A stretch of DNA of 59,004 nucleotides from Candidatus Thorarchaeota archaeon (GCA_004524445.1 SDNP01000019.1:1-59004), one strand, 5' to 3'. Positions 19,901-27,944 are shown, counted from the stretch's first letter. Translations and numbers: made by a program. The notes: generated from the sequence alone by a model not told the origin.

Positions 19901-21704
19901 TAGAGAATTCGTTTTTCGCCCACTCCGTCTGTACATCCTGAACAGCCTGTCCCAATGAATCCATTTCGGCAGTGGGTAATTCAGTTGTACTTGAATGAGT
20001 ATTTTCGACCGATTCACTTACGATGGCATTTCCAAAGGGAAGCAAGAAATAGCCGTCATTTCGTGTCAGCTCGGTAAACTCACCAGCAATATACTCGCTG
20101 ACATAGAATGGACCGCTTGTGATGAGTTCGTTGTAAGTGGGGTTGAAGGTTTGGTAATCAATTCCTAACCACTGTTGCTTTGGAAGGACGGGAATATCCG
20201 CTATTGAGGACAAATGCCAATATGACTCAGAAATGAACTCGATAATGAAAGTATAATCATCAGGAGCAAAAGCAGCATACAGTTCATCATTGTAGGTGGC
20301 TGCCCAAGGATGCTCAGATTCTCGCAAGTAGTTGAATGTGAATGCAACATCCTGAGCAGTCAATGGTGTACCATCTGTCCAACTAGCATTGTTACCGATG
20401 CTGAATGTGATTCTGGTATGTTCCGCTGGAACAGCGGGATTATCTGAGGACGTTTCTATTGCATAGTTCTCAGCAATGAAAGGCACAAGATAGCCCTGAT
20501 TGTTATAACGCACAAGTGGCTCGTAGAGCTCATCTAGGACATTCATAGTGTATTTCGAAGATGTTGTTAATATATTGAAAGTATCAAGGTCAAGGGGATT
20601 GCTCCATCGGAACGTACCACCTTCAGGACCGCCTGCACTCTCTTTCAAGTGAATCTTTTGATTTGTCCACCAAGATGCAACACCGTCAGTCATGTCATTT
20701 ACGAAGCCCTCAAATTGGTCTGTTCGATATGCTGAAAGATAGGTGTTTGCATAGCAAATTATCATCGGACTCTGGTATACCCAGATTTTTTGCATTTCTA
20801 TAGCAGCCTCATAGACATCGTCATAACTAGTGGAGTAGAGCAGCTGATTTCTCCACGAATCATATGATGCATTCTGGAAATTCGGAAAGTTATAGTATGG
20901 TTCATCTGCATATTCAGACCAATATTGGTAAGCAAGCCAATCGACATCGAAATCTGCGAAAGACTCGCCTAAGAAGGCCATATCGTAGTCTTGATGGAAG
21001 TAAAGCTTATTCAAGTATACGTAGAAATCTGTGGGCACAGATGTTGCGTTAATACCAAGTGATCGGAGGGTTGCTGCAACCTCATCACAAACTTCTATTG
21101 CGACGGATGATGATTGGGCAGCCTCGATAATTACATCGAATACAGTGCCATCAGGTGCTTCTCGAAAGTCATCATCATTCACATCTAAAAAGCCTGCAGC
21201 CTCAAGTGTTTGGTTAGCAAGGACGAGGTTGGATTCATAGTAGGTATAGGGTAGCTGCCCTTCAATGGAAAACGGGTTAACTTGCGGCACAACGCTATCC
21301 TGAGGCACAGAAAACCCGTCAAAGATATCATTAGAGATTGCTTGCTTATCAAGGGCAAATGCCAAAGCCCTCCGAAATGCAGTATAGTTGAAAGGATATT
21401 TCGCGCAGTTGATAGTCACGTATCCGTAACCATTCCTTGGAGTTTCCGCGACTTCTATGTTTTCTGCTTGATTCAAAGTTTCATAGAACTGTGGATCAAC
21501 ATAATCCCCAATCAAATCAATTTCGTCGTTCTGCAGCGCCAAGACTTGCTGATCATCGCCTTCTATAACATGATAGATAAGCTTGTCAACATATGGTCCT
21601 TCACCGCTAGTTATGGAGTTGGCATTAGCTGAGGGTGTAGATATTGCCCCCAGAATTAGAACACCCACTATTAGAATACAGATAGATACCTTTGTAATCC
21701 TCAA
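13926..21704 (-). CDS. giant surface protein: signal peptide + family-5 solute-binding domain + S8 subtilase + Ig-like repeats + Thr-rich linker + C-terminal TM anchor
   Basis: SBP5 motifs (YPFNYTAFRRALAFALDK, WTDGTPLTAQDV, SGPF); S8 motifs LDTG (D741), HGT (H1018), SAGNEG (N1140), GTSQSAP (S1242); TTTDTETTTGTTTT; TM followed by RHRRQG. Confidence 0.9.
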   Translation of the reverse strand: MRITKVSICILIVGVLILGAISTPSANANSITSGEGPYVDKLIYHVIEGDDQQVLALQNDEIDLIGDYVDPQFYETLNQAENIEVAETPRNGYGYVTINCAKYPFNYTAFRRALAFALDKQAISNDIFDGFSVPQDSVVPQVNPFSIEGQLPYTYYESNLVLANQTLEAAGFLDVNDDDFREAPDGTVFDVIIEAAQSSSVAIEVCDEVAATLRSLGINATSVPTDFYVYLNKLYFHQDYDMAFLGESFADFDVDWLAYQYWSEYADEPYYNFPNFQNASYDSWRNQLLYSTSYDDVYEAAIEMQKIWVYQSPMIICYANTYLSAYRTDQFEGFVNDMTDGVASWWTNQKIHLKESAGGPEGGTFRWSNPLDLDTFNILTTSSKYTMNVLDELYEPLVRYNNQGYLVPFIAENYAIETSSDNPAVPAEHTRITFSIGNNASWTDGTPLTAQDVAFTFNYLRESEHPWAATYNDELYAAFAPDDYTFIIEFISESYWHLSSIADIPVLPKQQWLGIDYQTFNPTYNELITSGPFYVSEYIAGEFTELTRNDGYFLLPFGNAIVSESVENTHSSTTELPTAEMDSLGQAVQDVQTEWAKNEFSTEIDESLFRWMDTGELKPNMVVQQNMPSIIIYSAPWSDYNEIRSIVDVQWSVDLRAFRITKALAPSRTTISELSETTGVTFIDADEYLVPRRDDLSRDMSDSNLPVSATPDMAEFRTIVGSTGSTASQFTGEGVTVGHLDTGCDFGQPDLQDAYHPDSYDPTGYSLVLSNSIGNSSNLADPESWVSSGNVLTYEENGKFYLNVTGWDPVVNMQGSTRHLMGLLPPYGDGYPYGSVVGFIGYYAWAWGIDNASEFVYNEIWKDWEIPNPSIAENDFHFGWIYQQRQSPYAKIFAPVIVYKSAVDGQYHVITDWEAAEGWTAMWNGAMYYEDLDLNSTSDRNEIISIFDWNFTDDYETEVYDLSNPIVAHDFTSDGIDDLSLGALCWTMDPGFFSDEAIFQGFRSDCNAIALYFDQGTHGTATAAHVAARGQYDYFDTNNQSYFKMPGIANQSKLLSISVITSGSDIGGYLWACGFDYNDATQEFYYTGNHQANLTTNSWGWVTEPSSQFTYMSLTWEILSAPQYLDAAYPGMLHVFSAGNEGSGYMTIGPPGCASSVLSVGASTSSHYLEYYFGPEQDGMGIAGFSSRGPAFSGYPKPDVLAPGSAGYSANPFYAQYLQQYWRDGSYWPGDVKNYTIFSGTSQSAPVAAGVAALVIDTLDNESISWTPDRLKSIIQNTAEDLGYDPAIQGFGLINAEAACKFVTQATSFIVETYDSHNYMMDILEDSWETQRSSAESLTDTYIAGTDLPRNFTDGSIYFGNLTANEQNTVRQFVLTDASGTKLSDTTGWSFNAYRYQVAEKHIFYDTTYVYEDPVSNRNTSGWFNLRDELGSTAYDNAISTYSYVTIAISFADASVASSGYPWMALFDWTDSDPADGMPNLWSSGSLQGAELDLLTRAYDPSNQNLMQFATGLSNLDQYLDGDLTMVAYDPVFDSDPLSPGNAFTCSVIFWEEVPAPEFSATWDAGHDCMNWTLTVPEDDAGIYQGFVEINDGANTNRVPWSYTLVGNLTGISGEEHVIVEDYGYTLEPYDSPVFGCMEENPDDWDFRSFVIHNPHATASLIGLRLLWDDPNTSLYMNVYGKNGTSLAETTGSTTTSASLLLDVSNDGKDTYYILLHPTSIPSEQELPVNITLKAMWYESVPTPTVSNTYYSNSDPTVRTFTSGDTLTGDHVIVNVTFSQEFLPNMPEYTVSSTEVNFLTGILYENSGPLVIPSASYDPFSGMIDPNEFAWEYITGIKSGDTVDILCDFTNGDSDIMAWWYSIDGVMQDDSTWSYGNNLLAGQMSTSNKPESGQFVADFSGSEATLAVGIFDYDLASGSYDLTVDTRAGVKASSDTNSVVYDTYDFGMNVTRTVVGTAYNDLGQAFESSWTDVEINNFFSPDVEVTSPNGGEVWSGSNIILWDAQSENQDADFLHEVYVSNDGGASYMLFATGLTLTTYDWDVSSWADLDTYKVKIVTHDRGMVGWDESDGTFSAGDISGIDYSPIIQGYTELSFAVGDLAASVKWRCIDHNPQEIAVWRNNTPVVSDPWTSSVQMKSIDCSSLNEAIYNFTIVATDQNGHQSSMTTFVTIFGPGPEIEATDDLTYLYGTVGHELTWTATDSAPSHYLVYRNGTIVESGVWDGSSVTVSVDGLGIGTYNYTLWLNDTAGYSSSSSAFVIVEFDEVPPTINSPEDISFMFGELGYTIQWSPADEYPDRYEVYVDSILQRSGDWNSSSEVITVSLDDLGIGIHNYTVAAYDLGNNFVTDTVIVNVTTDSDIPELSAPADFEYSEGYTGNSISWTVNDENPGTYTVYRNGTEIGSGEWSTTPATVIINVDGLSIGLYNFTIQAEDDFGNIAFDTVLVTVIDTIKPTISSPPDLSYYVGATGNTITWNAEDNNLEAYAIYRNGSLVEDGSLSSDSESISISVDGLDSGTYNYTIVVVDVGENTISDTVMVEVLPAADTTTDTETTTGTTTTPGDFDPLIVGIIITVGASVVIVIFILLIIRHRRQG
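14089..15458 (-). repeat. five tandem ~90-aa Ig-like protein repeats
   Basis: Repeating P-x-I-x2-P-x-D...G..I.W...D..P..Y...NGT...G.W...V.VDGL..G.YN.T....D..GN...DTV.V.V unit; boundaries approximate. Confidence 0.75.
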
Positions 21705-21870
21705 TGTCCAGTAACCTTCCTACAAAGCGATTGACTGCAGCCTACCAAATCTGCCTAATAAATGTTCAGAGAAAAATAGTGAGCGGCATGCGACGCATCA
21801 GAAGTGAAGATGGGGTCACAGATTCAATCCAGGGAGTTTTGGGGTTTGTTCCAACATAAAATGAACCTGC

Positions 21871-24800
21871 TCATCTTCTCCTAATGAGAACCAGCAATAC
21901 TAGAATGATACCAATGGAGCCAATCACTAGAACGATACCGAAACTACTGATAAGAAATGCCAACAATGGATCGATTTCTCCGCCGCTTGATTCGGTTACT
22001 GTGACAAGAACTGAATCTGATGCTGTGTTGCCGGATGAATCATAGATAACTATGGATACCTCATAAACACCAACATCAAAACCATCAAGCGATAAGCTAA
22101 TCTCATCTGAGGACTCGTTCCATAAACCAACAGCATGTAGGCTTCCGTTGAGATAGATTTCATATCGAAATGGATGCAGGTCAAATGCTTCCCAGATTAT
22201 CGCATGACCCTCTTGCCCTTGTTCAATGTTGATATCTTGAGGGGAGCTAACCACTGGCGCAGTATTATCTGACACAATAACTAACACAGAATCACTAGCT
22301 TGATTGCCTGCAGTATCATTCACCCTTATGGTATAATTGTACGTCCCCATCATTGTTCCATCAAGATTCACTGCTATCTTTTCAGAGGTCGAATTCCATA
22401 ATCCATGCATGGTGGCGGATCCATTAACCAGAATGATGAAGTGAGAAGGATTGCTATCTTGAGGGTCCCATACTATTTCATAGCCTGAGAAACCTTCTAT
22501 CATAAAAACATCCGGAGGATGGTCAATGTGAGGAGCCAAGCCCACAGTAACCGTCACCCAAACGGTATCAGAACATTTCTGACCGATTGTGTCGTTCAGA
22601 GTTATTGTCATATTATGGGTGCCAACTGGTAGCCCGTCTACAACAACATCGATAGTCTCGCCACTCGAGTTCCATACCCCAGATGCATACAAGGTTCCGT
22701 TCCTGAGAACGTGGTAGCCCGCAGGGTCAGAATCATATCCTTTCCAAGTTATCTTATTGCCAGAATCACCAAGTTCGTATTCGATATCCTCAGGAGAGTT
22801 TGAAGAAGGGGCCAGATTCTCTTCTTCAGGTACTGACGCGTTTCTCATCCCGAAGTCTATTGCTTGAGCGACTAGATTATACCCATCTAGAATCACATCA
22901 TAATATAGCTCCGTGCACATAGGCCGATAGTCGCCATAAGGAGACGCACCGGATGTGACAATCACTCCTGACCCGTCTAATCCCGCCTTGAGTTCTATAC
23001 AAGCCGCGACAAATGAACCCGTTTGTCCATCCAAATGAGCTTTGGGAGGTATGAGATCGGAGTCTGTAATCGTGGCAGCAGGACTGTAGTAAAGCAACGG
23101 ATAGACATTAGATATTGATTGCTGCTCTAAATCGATAGTTCCCGAATCTGGGTTTGCTGAGGTACTCCCATAGAGACAAGTGGGTCCATGCATTAAAACA
23201 TTGGAAACATTCTCAACAATTTCAGACACGACTGCATCATTGGAAGTGATATTTGCCACAGCACGATAAGCTGCCGCGGCATTTGACTCTGGGTCCTCAA
23301 TTGCTGTAGGTTCTCCATAAACATGTGAGCCAACGGATTCAAGAATAGTTGTCATGTTACCATGAATATACTGGGTATCGCCGAAGTCATTGTCGAAAGC
23401 AACCCACAGGAACCGGTTGCCCTGCATGAACCAATTCTCAATAGCAGTTAACTCCGAATTAGTAAAACCATTGATAGCACCGTATATTGATGATAGGACC
23501 AATCCACCTGCATCTGAGAGAATGCTTTCATTTATGCCGCCCCTTGCCCAGATCACCTCATATCCCAAAGAACTCAGATTAGCTTCCAGTTGATAGTCGG
23601 TATCACCAAGGTTAGTGTTTTCTTGCCCATGTGAGTAATCTAATACTATTTTGTTTGAATGCTCAACCGGAGGAAGTGATTCCAAGACGGTCACGATAAC
23701 CTCGTCTCTTGCGGTATGACCATCGAGGTCTCTGACTTCCAGCGTGAAATTGTAAGTGCCAAGAGGTAATCCATCGATATCAACAAAGATGGATCCACCG
23801 CTCCATGATCCACTCTGATAGATTGTGCCATTCTTATACACACTATAGTATTCTGGATTATCATCGGATGTTGACCATACAAGTTCATTGCCAGTAGTAC
23901 CGGTAAATATGATCAGGTCTTGGTGTGGCTGAATCTCAGGCAATGTGGGCCCAGAAGGATAATCCGGTCGAGAATAGAAATAGCTTGGATTATAGGTGAG
24001 TTCTGTAAATTCTCCCGCGACATATTCAGAAACATTGTAAGGACCGGAGGTCACCATTTCATCATTGGGAGGAATCGGATTCCAGGTGTTCCAGTTTTCG
24101 AGGCCTATCTCCTGGAAGATATGCTTAGGAATAATCGGCTTGTAGCCAATTGTGTGGAGATGCCAGTAAGATTCTGTGTTGAACTCCATGACTGCGGTGT
24201 ATGTTGTCGGCGCATAGGCAGCAGAGAGCTCTGTAAGGTCAGTGCCATACGGATTCCCGGGCGAATCGCGATAGTAATTCATTGAAAACGCCACATCGTT
24301 CGCGGTCAATGGTGTGCCATCAGTCCAAGTAGCATTCTGAATTACTTCAAATGTGAAGCGGGTGTATCCTTCAGACACCGCCGGATTGTCTGCATGAGTT
24401 TCAGTTGTTACGGATTCCGCCAGCCAAAGCACATCAGCTCCACTCTCATCAATTCTGATTAAACTGTCATAGAGCATTTGGAGAACATTCATGCTCGCTG
24501 ACGAAGAGGTGACCATGAAGTTGAACGAGTCAACATCCAGTGGATTTGCCCACCTTAGAGTACCTCCGATAGGGCCACCATATTCGCTTTTTAGACGCGT
24601 CCTGTAATTTGTCCAATAGCTGGGTATGCCGTCAGAAACATCATTTACGAATCCCTCGAACTTATCAGTGCGATAGGCAGTGTGGAGCATGCTCTCGTAA
24701 CAAACAATGATGGGAGACTGATAGACTAGTATGCGCTGCATCTCAATGGCAGCTTCGTACACTTCCTCGAATGTTGCTCCATGTAACAGCTGATCCCTCC

Positions 24801-25647
24801 AGCTATCATAAGTCGCATTTCTGAAATTGGGGAAATTCCAGTAGTTTTCATCAGCATATTCTGACCAATATTCATAGGCAAGCCAATCAACATCGAAGTC
24901 TGAAAAACTCTGACCAAGAAAGACAATATCATAGTCGCCATGGAAATACAGTCGATTCAGATATTCATAGAAGTCTGTTGGCACGGATGCCGCATCGATG
25001 TTCAAAGATGACAACGCAGAGGCAACATAACTACCGACATCGATTGCAACATTCGAAGACTGAGCAACCTCGACTATTACATCGAAATCAGTGCCATCAG
25101 GAGCCTCCCTGATTCCATCACCGTCCCAATCCTCGAAACCAGCCGTATCAAGAATATAGTTACCGAGTACAACATTTGACTCATTGTACGAGTATGAAAG
25201 CAGCCCCTCTATTGAGAAAGGATTGATGTAAGGTACGACACTATCTAATGGTGTGGCTAATCCATTCCAAATGTCGTCACATATTGCATCCTTATCCAGA
25301 GCAAAAGCCAGCGCCCTTCTGAATGAAGTCAAATTGTACGGGTATTTATCGCAATTTATCGTAATATAGCCATAGCCATTTCTCCAACGATTGGCAACAG
25401 CAATATTCTCTGCAGCTTCAAGTGTTGCGATGTAGGCAGGATCTATTTGGGCTCCAATAAGATCTATCTCGCTATTTTGCAGAGCCAAGACTTGCTGATC
25501 ACTGCTTTCTATCACGTGATAGACTATTTTGTCAAGATATCCACCCGTTCTATCCATTTCTACAAACGAATTCGCTTCGATATTATTTACACTCAGGAAT
25601 AAGGCGAGAAGAACAGCACAGAGAATTACCCCTTTTCGTGACTTCAC
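21871..25647 (-). CDS. surface protein: signal peptide + family-5 solute-binding domain + Ig-like repeat + GIFT/DUF4350-like domain + three Ig-like repeats + TM anchor
   Basis: N-terminal ~530 aa clearly paralogous to the neighbouring giant gene (QQVLALQN.EIDLIG, DFDVDWLAY.YWSEYADE); middle domain starts KIVLDYSHGQ; C-terminal TM followed by RRR. Confidence 0.88.
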   Translation of the reverse strand: MKSRKGVILCAVLLALFLSVNNIEANSFVEMDRTGGYLDKIVYHVIESSDQQVLALQNSEIDLIGAQIDPAYIATLEAAENIAVANRWRNGYGYITINCDKYPYNLTSFRRALAFALDKDAICDDIWNGLATPLDSVVPYINPFSIEGLLSYSYNESNVVLGNYILDTAGFEDWDGDGIREAPDGTDFDVIVEVAQSSNVAIDVGSYVASALSSLNIDAASVPTDFYEYLNRLYFHGDYDIVFLGQSFSDFDVDWLAYEYWSEYADENYWNFPNFRNATYDSWRDQLLHGATFEEVYEAAIEMQRILVYQSPIIVCYESMLHTAYRTDKFEGFVNDVSDGIPSYWTNYRTRLKSEYGGPIGGTLRWANPLDVDSFNFMVTSSSASMNVLQMLYDSLIRIDESGADVLWLAESVTTETHADNPAVSEGYTRFTFEVIQNATWTDGTPLTANDVAFSMNYYRDSPGNPYGTDLTELSAAYAPTTYTAVMEFNTESYWHLHTIGYKPIIPKHIFQEIGLENWNTWNPIPPNDEMVTSGPYNVSEYVAGEFTELTYNPSYFYSRPDYPSGPTLPEIQPHQDLIIFTGTTGNELVWSTSDDNPEYYSVYKNGTIYQSGSWSGGSIFVDIDGLPLGTYNFTLEVRDLDGHTARDEVIVTVLESLPPVEHSNKIVLDYSHGQENTNLGDTDYQLEANLSSLGYEVIWARGGINESILSDAGGLVLSSIYGAINGFTNSELTAIENWFMQGNRFLWVAFDNDFGDTQYIHGNMTTILESVGSHVYGEPTAIEDPESNAAAAYRAVANITSNDAVVSEIVENVSNVLMHGPTCLYGSTSANPDSGTIDLEQQSISNVYPLLYYSPAATITDSDLIPPKAHLDGQTGSFVAACIELKAGLDGSGVIVTSGASPYGDYRPMCTELYYDVILDGYNLVAQAIDFGMRNASVPEEENLAPSSNSPEDIEYELGDSGNKITWKGYDSDPAGYHVLRNGTLYASGVWNSSGETIDVVVDGLPVGTHNMTITLNDTIGQKCSDTVWVTVTVGLAPHIDHPPDVFMIEGFSGYEIVWDPQDSNPSHFIILVNGSATMHGLWNSTSEKIAVNLDGTMMGTYNYTIRVNDTAGNQASDSVLVIVSDNTAPVVSSPQDINIEQGQEGHAIIWEAFDLHPFRYEIYLNGSLHAVGLWNESSDEISLSLDGFDVGVYEVSIVIYDSSGNTASDSVLVTVTESSGGEIDPLLAFLISSFGIVLVIGSIGIILVLLVLIRRR
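21995..22813 (-). repeat. three tandem Ig-like repeats (a fourth at about 23680-23944)
   Basis: Same unit as in the 2592-aa protein (APSSNSPEDIEY..., APHIDHPPDV..., APVVSSPQDI...); boundaries approximate. Confidence 0.7.
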
Positions 25648-25817
25648 AAGCAGTCAACCCCCAATTAGATAACCACAATTCTCTTCGCTTCAAGTCTAAT
25701 AAGCATTGCTGGACAATCTCTCGGATTCTAGTTATGCATACCAATGTTTCTTGCATCAAACGACCTATATGTTTCAGACCAACAGACTTATGATTTAGAC
25801 TCGGTTTATTAACTATC

Positions 25818-27257
25818 ATGAAGAATTATGATTTGCTAGTTGTAGGCTCAGGTGCAGGATCCAATATTGCGGCTTCAGCTTACGAGCAAGGGATGAAAGT
25901 GGCAATCGTAGACAATGGAAGATTTGGTGGCACCTGTCTCAATAGGGGCTGCATTCCTACGAAGATTTTGACATATGTTGCTGATACCATCATGAGTGTC
26001 GAACATTCAGGTCAAATCAATCTTGAAGCTGAGGTAAAAGAAGTAGACTTCAAGGGTCTCATGGAGAGAATGAGAAGAGAAACTTGGCATGAGGCTGAAG
26101 AGATCGCAGAAAGCATTAGCACAGTAGACACGTATGATTTCTACAATGATACTGGGGAGTTTATTGATGATTATACCATGAGAGTGGCTGGAGAAGAGAT
26201 CAAGGGAGAGTACGTTATTTTGGCGTCTGGAGCACGGCCTCTCATTCCCCCAATAAATGGCTTGGAAGATGTCGAGTATTTGACCAACAAAACCATCCTG
26301 GAACTAGATGAGAAACCTAAGTCCCTGATTATTGTCGGCGGAGGGTATATTGCCGCTGAATTTGGACACTTCTTCTCAGCCATCGGTACAGAAGTTACAA
26401 TCTTGGGAAGAAACGAGTATCTTGTTCCGGATGAAGATAATGATGTATCTGAGCTGCTCAAGAAACACTTGGACAGTCGTATGGGTGTGTATACAAGTCA
26501 TGAGGTTCGGAGTGTTCGACAGGAAGGAGATGAAAAGGTTGCTGTTGCAAAGAACACTGAAACGGGGGATGAAACCGAGTTCAAAGCAAAACATATTCTT
26601 GTCGCAACAGGAAGAAGGTCAAATTCAGACATTCTGAAACCTGAGGAAACAGGTGTGGACACAGATGATAGAGGCTGGATAATCACAGACAAGCATTTCA
26701 GGACCTCAAAAGAACGTATCTTCGCATTTGGAGATGCTCTTGGAAAGCATATGTTCCGACATGTGGCTAATGAGCAGTCTCAGATTGTGTATTATAATTT
26801 GATGAGAACAATCGATGCTGAGGAAAAGGACGGGGAGCCGGAACTCTTTGGCATGAGCTATCATGCAATTCCACGCGCCGTCTTCTCACATCCTCAGATT
26901 GCAACGGTGGGTATGACTCTGGATGCAGCTAAGAATACGGACCGAAGGCTGTTGGTAGGAAGATCTGAGTACACCGGTGTTGCCAAAGGGGCAGCCATGG
27001 GAAATCCTGATGGCTTTGTGAGAGTTATTTGCGATGCTGAAGACAGGACGATTCTAGGAGCATCCATTATTGGTCCTCACGCACCCATTCTCATTCAGGA
27101 GATCACAAATCTCATGAACACGTCAGAGAGAACATACATTCCAATGTTTGATTCTATTCATATTCATCCTGCGTTGCCAGAGGTTGTGCAGCGAGCTTTC
27201 GGAAGTCTTGCTCCCATAGATGCAGAACATACTCATCATCACCACAATCATGAGTAG
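25818..27257 (+). CDS. class I pyridine nucleotide-disulfide oxidoreductase (dihydrolipoyl dehydrogenase family, mycothione-reductase-like), His-rich tail
   Basis: GSGAG, GGTCLNRGCIPTK redox disulfide, GGGYIAAEF, ATGRRSN, HPALPE His-Glu pair, tail HTHHHHNHE. Confidence 0.88.
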   Translation: MKNYDLLVVGSGAGSNIAASAYEQGMKVAIVDNGRFGGTCLNRGCIPTKILTYVADTIMSVEHSGQINLEAEVKEVDFKGLMERMRRETWHEAEEIAESISTVDTYDFYNDTGEFIDDYTMRVAGEEIKGEYVILASGARPLIPPINGLEDVEYLTNKTILELDEKPKSLIIVGGGYIAAEFGHFFSAIGTEVTILGRNEYLVPDEDNDVSELLKKHLDSRMGVYTSHEVRSVRQEGDEKVAVAKNTETGDETEFKAKHILVATGRRSNSDILKPEETGVDTDDRGWIITDKHFRTSKERIFAFGDALGKHMFRHVANEQSQIVYYNLMRTIDAEEKDGEPELFGMSYHAIPRAVFSHPQIATVGMTLDAAKNTDRRLLVGRSEYTGVAKGAAMGNPDGFVRVICDAEDRTILGASIIGPHAPILIQEITNLMNTSERTYIPMFDSIHIHPALPEVVQRAFGSLAPIDAEHTHHHHNHE

Positions 27258-27376
27258 GAGAGTCAGAGTATTGCTACCATCAGAAGACTTTGATTCCGAT
27301 ATCATTTCATGCTAACAAATAAGTTGAATTGACGAAAGTGTCACAATTCTCTGCGAATCAGCTAATTCGATTGTTG

Positions 27377-27651
27377 CTACGTAATGTATCTGTGTTCCGG
27401 CTGAGGTGAGAATACTGCGTGATAATGAACTGTTTCTGAGAGATGGATGGATTCAACAGGTTTGAAACTTCTGTGTTCCACCCATTTCCTCCCAGCATCA
27501 CCGCTCCGAATGGTATCGAAAGCAGCTGAAACAGCAGCGGCTTCTACCATGTTCATTAGGACGGTATCTCTACTACGATTCCATTTTCCTTCTGCGTTGG
27601 TGCTGAGGCATCACTCTCAGTGATAGTAGGGTCCTCCACGGTTTTTGCCAT
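27377..27651 (-). pseudogene. possible frameshifted FlK-like hotdog thioesterase remnant
   Basis: 31-aa ORF (MAKTVEDPTITESDASA...GIVVEIPS*) overlaps a 59-aa ORF (MNMVEAAAVSAA...) at TAATG; joined, they resemble the FlK N-terminus. Confidence 0.3.
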
Positions 27652-27670
27652 TATGCAGTGATAATGGCAA
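27645..27670. promoter_or_regulatory. perfect inverted repeat (candidate operator or hairpin)
   Basis: TTGCCATTAT-GCAGTG-ATAATGGCAA, 10-bp arms, in a ~690-bp gap between convergent genes. Confidence 0.35.
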
Positions 27671-27944
27671 TTTCTTAGACTATTTCCAAATGCAGAGAAG
27701 CTTGATGAGCGCTGGTAGATGCCGCCACATCTCGCGCAGCTGACAAGCCCCCATCGGTTGAGAGAGAGGGTTTCGGCTCATTGTATTTGATTTTTCTCCA
27801 AGTTTTGGATGCAATCACGGTACTCTTACATCGGCCCACCTAGCTATTCGTTTCATGCTATGCAGTGATTAAGGAAGCATGTTGAATCATCTTTCTTATC
27901 GATGCAGCCTCCGGTGAAGACGGAAGAGATGGAATTCTGTCACG

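Noticed and set aside
21705-21873. Read-through fusing the two giant surface genes
   Set aside because: The 166-nt gap is out of frame and contains stops; the first protein ends in its own anchor and the second has its own signal peptide
25818-27257. Call as mercuric reductase merA
   Set aside because: No C-terminal Cys-Cys pair, no HMA domain, no mer genes
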